Source: Fibrobacteria bacterium
GTDB taxonomy: Bacteria; Fibrobacterota; Fibrobacteria; UBA11236
DNA: 20,343 bases
Direction of reading: 5' to 3'
NCBI GenBank assembly: GCA_050486505.1
Contig: JBJHDK010000042.1
Span: 1-20,343, forward strand
The notes beneath the pieces are model-generated. The model was not told the origin of the DNA. It worked only from the letters and a program-made list of their open reading frames with translations, and did not search any database. Below, in pieces: positions 14,382 to 20,343 of the stretch (position 1 is its first letter; each line of letters starts with the position of its first letter). Both the position numbers and the translations under genes were made by a program.

Positions 14382-15791
14382 TCAATTCTTCAGCTTCCCC
14401 AAAATCGCATCCACGATTTTCCTGAAGCTGTCGTCCTTGCCCATCGCCTTTTCGATCGTCTTGATGGCGTGCACCACCGTGCTGTGGTCACGCCCCCCGA
14501 AACGCTGGCCGATGGACTTGAGCGACGCCGAGGTCAACTCCTTCACCAGGAACATCGCCACCTGGCGCGCCTGCGCGACCTCCTTGGTTCCCCGGCCCTG
14601 CTCGAGGATCTTGTCCGCCTCGACCGCGAAATAGTTCGCCACCATTTCCGTCACGTCCTCGGCGGTGATGCGCCTCTCGGGGCGCTGGGCTCCCGTGCGC
14701 TTCACGATTTCCTCGGCCAGTTCCATGGTGATGTCGGCGTGCTGGATGGAGGCCTGAAGCAACAACTGCCGAATCGCCCCTTCCAGAATGCGGATGTTGG
14801 AATCAATCGCCTCCGCGAGGTAGGAAATCACGTCCTCGGTGATGTCGAGGTTCAGGGACTTCGCCTTGCGCCTGAGAATCGCCTCGCGCGTTTCCCGATC
14901 CGGGAGCTGGATATCGACGAAAAGGCCCCACTGGAAACGGCTGACCAGCCGGTCCTGCAGTCCCTGCAACTCGCCCGGCGGAGCGTCGCTGGTCAACACG
15001 ATCTGCTTTCCGCTCTGGTGCAGGAAGTTGAACACGTGGAAGAACTCCTCCTGCGTACGATCCTTTCCGCTGAGGAATTGCACGTCGTCCATGAGCAGCA
15101 CGTCCACCTCATGGCGGTAGAAGCCCGACATCTCGTTGATGCGATTGTGCTGGATCGATTCCACGAATTCGCGGTAAAATGCCTCGGAAGTGACGTAGCG
15201 GACTTTCTTGCCCGGCATCTCGCGGCGCACATGATTGCCGATAGCCTGCAAAAGATGGGTTTTTCCCAGTCCCACGCCCCCGTAAATCAACAGGGGATTG
15301 AAGCGGGTGCCGCCCGGCTCCTTGGCGACGGCCAGGGCCGCGGAATACGCGAACTGGGAATTGCTGCCGACCACGAACTCCTCGAAGGTGTACCCGGAAT
15401 TCAGGTCGATCGCCGGCATGCTGCTGAACGGCACGGCCGGAGCATGGTTCAGGGGCCCCTCCAGGGCCGACTGTCGACGAAAACGTGCCTTCAACCGGCG
15501 GCCGGTAGCCTCATGGAAGCAAAGCTCGACCAACCCGGAGTACGCCAGGTCGAGGTGATCCACGTCCAGCGGATCGGGAACGCCCAGCAAAAGCGCACTA
15601 TCCCCCACCTCCTGGATGCGCAGCGGAACCATCCACTGGGTGAAGACGTCCTCGGAGAGCTTCTCGCGCAAACACTCGAGGCAGGCCTTCCACATCCCCG
15701 ACCAGCTGCGCAACGACGCCCCCGAATTTCGTTCAAAAGAACCGTTTCTGGGAATTTCGCCGTCTGGAAAGTTGGGGGACTCGATGCTCAA
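14382..15791 (-). CDS. dnaA: Chromosomal replication initiator protein DnaA
   Basis: YTFEEFVVG.N, NPLLIYGGVGLGKTHL (Walker A), LLMDDVQF (Walker B), QEEFFH.FN, RLVSRFQWG, ARQVAMFL, FGGRDHSTV. Start is the TTG at 15791 or the ATG at 15695. Confidence 0.96.
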   Translation of the reverse strand: MSIESPNFPDGEIPRNGSFERNSGASLRSWSGMWKACLECLREKLSEDVFTQWMVPLRIQEVGDSALLLGVPDPLDVDHLDLAYSGLVELCFHEATGRRLKARFRRQSALEGPLNHAPAVPFSSMPAIDLNSGYTFEEFVVGSNSQFAYSAALAVAKEPGGTRFNPLLIYGGVGLGKTHLLQAIGNHVRREMPGKKVRYVTSEAFYREFVESIQHNRINEMSGFYRHEVDVLLMDDVQFLSGKDRTQEEFFHVFNFLHQSGKQIVLTSDAPPGELQGLQDRLVSRFQWGLFVDIQLPDRETREAILRRKAKSLNLDITEDVISYLAEAIDSNIRILEGAIRQLLLQASIQHADITMELAEEIVKRTGAQRPERRITAEDVTEMVANYFAVEADKILEQGRGTKEVAQARQVAMFLVKELTSASLKSIGQRFGGRDHSTVVHAIKTIEKAMGKDDSFRKIVDAILGKLKN

Positions 15792-15857
15792 TGCCGTCTC
15801 TCGGGGGTTCAGGGGTGGTGCTTCAGGGTCTTGCAGCGCATTGATGCCGGGCCGGGA

Positions 15858-15886
15858 ATGATACTTAATCCACAGTTTATCCCCAA
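15858..15886 (-). promoter_or_regulatory. Putative dnaA promoter overlapped by two tandem DnaA boxes
   Basis: Minus strand TTGGGG-N17-TATCAT; plus strand TAATCCACA (15866-15874) and TTATCCCCA (15877-15885), each one mismatch from TTATCCACA. Confidence 0.75.
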
Positions 15887-16003
15887 AGCATCCTGCCGGG
15901 GCGTGACCGCCCTTTCCTACCTTTCAGGGCCCTTTAAACCCTGCGGAGAGCACTTCTCTCGCCGACGCGCGCCTTGGCGCATGGAAGAACGCACCGGAAT
16001 CCA

Positions 16004-16573
16004 ATGCAAGACACCATTTCGACGGCTTACGGACTGTGGGGCGGACTCCTTCTCCTGCTGATCCTGCAAGCAGTGTGGGGCCAGTTCCTCTCGTATCCAG
16101 CTTCCTTCGAGCGCATGCTGCGGCGCGGACGCAGCTGGGTTTACGTCCCCCGGCACTGGAAAGGCGTCCGCAAGGCCGCGATTCTTGCGGCGACGCGCCT
16201 GTTCGCCGCGGGAATCGGGCTTCTTCTGGCGTTTCTGCTTGCCTTGCACGCCCGGCTCGAGGAACCCGGCTGGGTGATGGCCACGGCTCTGGCCGGTTTT
16301 GCCTCGGCCCTCTGGCTGCAGGGCTTCTGGAACCACCTGCGTTATCGGCAGCAGGAGGACGCCTACTTCCTGCTGCATGATGAACTGCGCTCGCGGCTCG
16401 AGCGCGAGAACAAGGATGTCGGGCGTGCCCAGTTGCGCAGCCTCGCCTCCTACCAGCACCAACAACAACTCCGCAAGGCCGACGAAGAAGGCAGGTTTTT
16501 GTCGGTGCTCCGCAGCGAGGCGAAGCGGTTCCGGATGGCGCGCCCCGACACTCCGTCCCTTCCCGAGGCCTGA
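16004..16573 (+). CDS. Hypothetical membrane protein (about 3 TM segments plus a charged C-terminal helical region)
   Basis: ATG 16004 preferred over TTG 15974; hydrophobic segments LWGGLLLLLILQAVW, LFAAGIGLLLAFLLAL, WVMATALAGFASALWL; stop abuts the next ATG. Confidence 0.72.
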   Translation: MQDTISTAYGLWGGLLLLLILQAVWGQFLSYPASFERMLRRGRSWVYVPRHWKGVRKAAILAATRLFAAGIGLLLAFLLALHARLEEPGWVMATALAGFASALWLQGFWNHLRYRQQEDAYFLLHDELRSRLERENKDVGRAQLRSLASYQHQQQLRKADEEGRFLSVLRSEAKRFRMARPDTPSLPEA

Positions 16574-17734
16574 ATGACGGATCCGGCGCCCGGTTTTCCC
16601 TCCTGGGACGCACGATGGAAGGAGCGCCTGAACGGCCCTCCCCTGACCCGTGAAGAAGCCGCGCGCTTCGCCGGCTTCGCGCTCGACCGGGTATCGCGCA
16701 CCTTCGCCCTCAATATCCGCATGCTCCCCGAGCCCCTGCGCGGGCAGGTACTGCACGCTTATCTCTATTGCCGCATGGCCGATACCATTGAAGATGACCC
16801 GAACCTGCCAGCCCGTGAGAAGGCGTCGCTGCTCGCCGGTTTCTCGGGCCTTTTCGACCCCACGCACCCGGCGGAAGCCGCGCGCGAAGCCTTCCGCGCC
16901 TTCCCCGCCCGCCTGCCGGAGGCATGGAAGGCGACGGAATCCTGGGAGTACACCCTGCTGGCGCGCGCTCCCGTGGTACTGGATGCATTCACGGAGTACC
17001 CTGACAGGGTGCGCGCGGCCATCGCGGCCTGCATCCGGGACATGTGTTCCGGGATGGCCGGCTTCGCGCGGAAACAGGATGACGGGGGCGGAGAACACCC
17101 CCTGATCGCCACTCTCGACGACCTCGACCGCTACTGCTACCACGTGGCCGGAACCGTCGGCGAAATGTTGTGCGAGCTTTTCGTGCGCAATGCAGGCATT
17201 TCTCCGCGCCGCGCGGGAAAGATGCGCGCATTGTGCGTCTCGTTCGGGCTCGGGCTGCAGATGGTGAACATTCTCAAGGATCTTGCCGACGATCGCGAGC
17301 GAGGCGTGTGCTGGCTGCCGCGCGACCTGCTCGCGGCCGAAGGCGTCTCACCCGCGGAGTTCACCCGACCGGAGCACCATGACGCCGCCCGGCGGGTGTA
17401 TGCGGTGTTGTTCGACAAGGCGTTGCGCCATCTGGAGGAAGCGCTCGAGTACACGCGCGCGATTCCGCGGCGACACCGCGCGCTGCGCCTGTTCTGCCTC
17501 TGGCCCTTGTTCATGGCCGCCGAGACGCTGGCGCTGCTCGCGGAGCGCACTCGCGACCTCACCGGCGGCGCGCGCCTCAAAATCAGCCGCCGCAGCGTGG
17601 CGCGCATCGTGCTATCGACCCGGATCCTCTGGTGGTCGGATGCCTGGCTGCGCGCGCGCCTCGAAAAATCGGCCCGAATCATCCGGCGCGCCTTGCCGCA
17701 TGCGCCGCAAACCGGATACCTTTCCCGCCCATGA
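16574..17734 (+). CDS. Squalene/phytoene synthase family protein, squalene synthase (farnesyl-diphosphate farnesyltransferase)-like
   Basis: VSRTFALNI, YLYCRMADTIEDD, DRYCYHVAGTVG, FGLGLQMVNILKDLADD, FCLWPLFMAAETL. Confidence 0.88.
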   Translation: MTDPAPGFPSWDARWKERLNGPPLTREEAARFAGFALDRVSRTFALNIRMLPEPLRGQVLHAYLYCRMADTIEDDPNLPAREKASLLAGFSGLFDPTHPAEAAREAFRAFPARLPEAWKATESWEYTLLARAPVVLDAFTEYPDRVRAAIAACIRDMCSGMAGFARKQDDGGGEHPLIATLDDLDRYCYHVAGTVGEMLCELFVRNAGISPRRAGKMRALCVSFGLGLQMVNILKDLADDRERGVCWLPRDLLAAEGVSPAEFTRPEHHDAARRVYAVLFDKALRHLEEALEYTRAIPRRHRALRLFCLWPLFMAAETLALLAERTRDLTGGARLKISRRSVARIVLSTRILWWSDAWLRARLEKSARIIRRALPHAPQTGYLSRP

Positions 17735-18306
17735 CCCGCACTCCTCCCATGCTGCGCGCGCATGCGCTGATTTTCGTATTGCTGCTTGTGCTCGACCAGA
17801 TCACCAAGTACTGGGCGCGCGTGCGATTCTCCCTGCCCGACGGCACACCCGACTACTTCGACTTCATCCCCGTCATCGGGAGCTGGGTGCGCTTCCGGTT
17901 GCTGTACAACGATGGCGCGGCCTTCGGCCTGCAGCCCCAAAGTGCGCTTCCCTTCCTGCATCCGGTGGTTTTCTTCGCCGTGTTCACCGTCGTCGCCATC
18001 GTACTCTTCGCGGTTTACTACAAGCGCCTCGGGCCGGACGAAGGCCCCGCGCGACTCGGAATCGCGCTCATCCTCTCGGGTGCCTTCGGCAATCTCATCG
18101 ACCGGGTCACCCTGCACAAGGTGACGGATTTCATCGACGTGGGCATTCCGGACGTCTATCCCCGCTTTCCGGTGTTCAACGTCGCGGACAGCGCAGTGAC
18201 CATCGGCCTCATCCTGCTGCTGCTCGCCCCGTTGCTCACGCGCAAGAAGGGTTCCGAACCCCCTCCGGAAGCGCCGACCGCGCAGGAACCCCCCGCGCAT
18301 GGCTGA
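17731..18306 (+). CDS. lspA: Lipoprotein signal peptidase II
   Basis: DQITK, NDGAAFG, GAFGNLIDR, VTDFID, VFNVADSA; ATG 17731 overlaps the upstream stop (ATGA). The ORF-track start at 17632 is too far upstream. Confidence 0.93.
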   Translation: MTRTPPMLRAHALIFVLLLVLDQITKYWARVRFSLPDGTPDYFDFIPVIGSWVRFRLLYNDGAAFGLQPQSALPFLHPVVFFAVFTVVAIVLFAVYYKRLGPDEGPARLGIALILSGAFGNLIDRVTLHKVTDFIDVGIPDVYPRFPVFNVADSAVTIGLILLLLAPLLTRKKGSEPPPEAPTAQEPPAHG

Positions 18307-19306
18307 TCTGCGGGCCTGGATCGTCGCCGACAAAGACGCCGGGGCGCGCCTCGACCGTTTTCTCGACGCGTGCATGGACGATGCATCGCGCACCCGCGTA
18401 CAGAAGTGGATCGCGGACGGCTGCGTGTTTGTCAACCGGAAGCCCGCCCGCAAAAGCCTCTCGCTCGAAGCCGGCGACACGGTCACGCTGGCGCTTCCCG
18501 AGCGTTCGCAAGGCGCATCGTCGGCATCGGGAGTCGAGCCGGAGGAGATCGCCCTGGACGTGGTGTACGAGGACAGCCACCTCGCGGTGATCAACAAACC
18601 CAAGGGGCTTGTCACCCATCCCGGCCACGGCGAACCCTCGGGGACGCTCGCCAATGCGCTCGCGTTCAGGTTTCGCAAGCTGTCCGACCTGGGCGGCGGC
18701 GACCGGCCCGGCATCGTGCACCGCCTCGATCGCGATACGTCGGGCCTGCTTGTGGTGGCGCGCACCAACGCGGCGCATGCAGAACTGGCGCGGCAGCTCG
18801 CAGCGCGCGACATTCACCGCACCTACCGTGCCCTGATCTGGCGCGAACCGTCGGAGGTTTCGGGCACGTTCACGTCGCATCTCGGACGACACGCGAAGGA
18901 TCCGGTGCGGCGATCCGTCGTGTCTCCGGAGAAGCTCGGCGCCAAGCTCGCCATCACGCACTGGAGGGTGCTCGACTGGTTCCAGTTCGCCGCACAGGTC
19001 GAAGTCGTGCTCGATACCGGACGCACCCACCAGATCCGCGTGCACTTCTCGCATGCCGGGCATCCCGTCGCGGGCGATACCCTCTACGGCGGAGGACAGC
19101 CCATGCTCGGGCGCGTGCCGCCCCTGTTCCAGGGAGCTGCGGCGGGCATGCTCAAGCGCCTCACCTCGCAAGCCCTCCACGCCGCGCGCCTCTCCTTCAC
19201 GCATCCCGCCACCGGAAAACGCATGGAGTTCGAGTCCCCCCTGCCCGGGGAGTTTCGGGATACGCTGGAGTATCTGGAGAAGTATCGGAGAGTGGAGGAG
19301 GGGTAA
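18299..19306 (+). CDS. rluD: RluA-family pseudouridine synthase with S4 domain (RluD-type)
   Basis: RLDRFL...SRTRVQKWI (S4), NKPKGLVTHP, RPGIVHRLDRDTSG, TGRTHQIRVH, QALHA. Confidence 0.9.
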   Translation: MADLRAWIVADKDAGARLDRFLDACMDDASRTRVQKWIADGCVFVNRKPARKSLSLEAGDTVTLALPERSQGASSASGVEPEEIALDVVYEDSHLAVINKPKGLVTHPGHGEPSGTLANALAFRFRKLSDLGGGDRPGIVHRLDRDTSGLLVVARTNAAHAELARQLAARDIHRTYRALIWREPSEVSGTFTSHLGRHAKDPVRRSVVSPEKLGAKLAITHWRVLDWFQFAAQVEVVLDTGRTHQIRVHFSHAGHPVAGDTLYGGGQPMLGRVPPLFQGAAAGMLKRLTSQALHAARLSFTHPATGKRMEFESPLPGEFRDTLEYLEKYRRVEEG

Positions 19307-19353
19307 GAGTTATGAGTTATGAGTTATGAGTTATGGGTTATGGGTTATGAGTT
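19307..19353. repeat. Heptamer tandem repeat (GRGTTAT)x6.7
   Basis: GAGTTAT x4, GGGTTAT x2, GAGTT, starting immediately after the rluD stop. Confidence 0.95.
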
Positions 19354-19441
19354 GCGGATTGGCGGGGAGTGCAAGTTGATTGCAGGCGCCATCGCTCTCG
19401 CCTCCTGTCTCCCATCCACCGTTTGAAACTTCCGGTTGACC

Positions 19442-20343
19442 ATGAAAAAACCACTCGACTTCGATTTCACGCGTGCGTTGGCGCGCGGACATGTTTCCTA
19501 CGACTCGCGCGTCGGACAATGGTGGGAAGGGCGCGCAGCCGACGCGGCGCACCGCCGTGCCTACCGGCATGTGGCGGAGCACGTTCGCGATTCCTTTCAC
19601 AAGGCGAAGGTTCGCGCGCCACTCATTGTCGACTACGCCTGCGGAGGCGGCCAGTTCCTTCTGGAATTGGCGCGACTGATTCCCGATGCGCGCATCGTCG
19701 GCCTCGACGGCTCAAAAAAACTGCTCGGACTCACATTGCAACGCTGCGAGGCAAAAGGCATCTCGGCCGCGACGCTGTCCGCGGCCGAGGCGTTTTCCGC
19801 GAAGGGTCCCCGCGTCCGCCTGGTGCAAACCCGCCTTCCCAATTTTCGACTCCCCGCGGGCAAGGCGGATGCCGTGGCATTCGTCTTCCCCAACATCGCG
19901 CCCTCACCGTCGGACCAAGACACCTATGACCGCAACGGATACCTCAACCGGGCCGACTCGACGGTAGGACGCATGTTGGCGCGCTTCCGGGAAATGGATC
20001 CCGAAGACGAAGTGACCACGGAAAAGCCCGACATCCTCTTCGATGGCTACATGACCGAACGCGTGCTCTCGCGCAATATCCGGAGATTCCTGAAGCCGGG
20101 AGGACGCTGGTTCAAGATCGACTACGCCAACGCGCCGCGCGCCGAGCTTTCGCAGCTCTCGCAATGGCGCTGCCTGTTTTCAGAGTGCGCGTTGGGCGAA
20201 GCGATCAAGGGAAGGCACGCGGAACGGCTCTTCGAGCTGCGCGCCAACGTCTTCCGCCGATCATCGGTGATTCTCGACGTCTACCACCAAACGAAAGACC
20301 CGTCGGACAAGACCGGCGGGTACTTTATCACGGAGTTCGAGGC
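19442..20343 (+). CDS. Class I SAM-dependent methyltransferase, truncated by the window end (absent from the ORF track)
   Basis: My translation: MKKPLDFDF...LIVDYACGGG (motif I)...IVGLDGS (motif II)...FLKPGG; open for 300 codons to the window end. Confidence 0.85.
   Translation, partial: MKKPLDFDFTRALARGHVSYDSRVGQWWEGRAADAAHRRAYRHVAEHVRDSFHKAKVRAPLIVDYACGGGQFLLELARLIPDARIVGLDGSKKLLGLTLQRCEAKGISAATLSAAEAFSAKGPRVRLVQTRLPNFRLPAGKADAVAFVFPNIAPSPSDQDTYDRNGYLNRADSTVGRMLARFREMDPEDEVTTEKPDILFDGYMTERVLSRNIRRFLKPGGRWFKIDYANAPRAELSQLSQWRCLFSECALGEAIKGRHAERLFELRANVFRRSSVILDVYHQTKDPSDKTGGYFITEFE

Noticed and set aside
15792..16003. oriC
   Set aside because: Only two imperfect DnaA boxes, GC-rich, no unwinding element; better explained as an autoregulated promoter
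12169..16061. Long ORFs 12169-13920 (-) and 14469-16061 (+)
   Set aside because: Antisense shadows of ptsP and dnaA
17137..18813. Long ORFs 17137-18813 (-) and 17283-18590 (+)
   Set aside because: Overlap well-supported SQS, lspA and rluD genes and have no motifs
19369..19929. 186-aa ORF from the track
   Set aside because: Off-frame to the methyltransferase starting at 19442

Overview
GC-rich bacterial chromosomal window, mostly housekeeping genes. A Fibrobacterota/FCB-like origin is my inference from the secreted Ig-repeat protein with its FlgD/CTD-like tail. Gene order: Dabb-family gene (+); a minus-strand operon of a small Cys protein, RNase R and a catalytically degenerate CobS-like membrane protein; a secreted hypothetical (+); an AT-rich intergenic region with a 161-bp MITE (18-bp TIRs, TTAA duplication) inserted into a heptamer repeat array; glgM-glgE (+) and a terminator; a 1176-aa beta-propeller/Ig-repeat secreted protein; a small CPCC protein and ptsP (+); a convergent stand-alone dnaA (-) with DnaA boxes over its putative promoter; a membrane protein-squalene synthase-lspA-rluD operon (+); and a SAM methyltransferase cut by the window end. 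No CRISPR, rRNA, tRNA, transposase or phage genes were seen. The most unusual signals are three GTAG-type REP hairpins embedded in frame in the GlgE N-terminus, a GlgE apparently lacking domain S, the pseudo-CobS coupled to RNase R, the MITE, and several different 7-bp tandem repeats at gene boundaries. These are leads, not a demonstrated new system.
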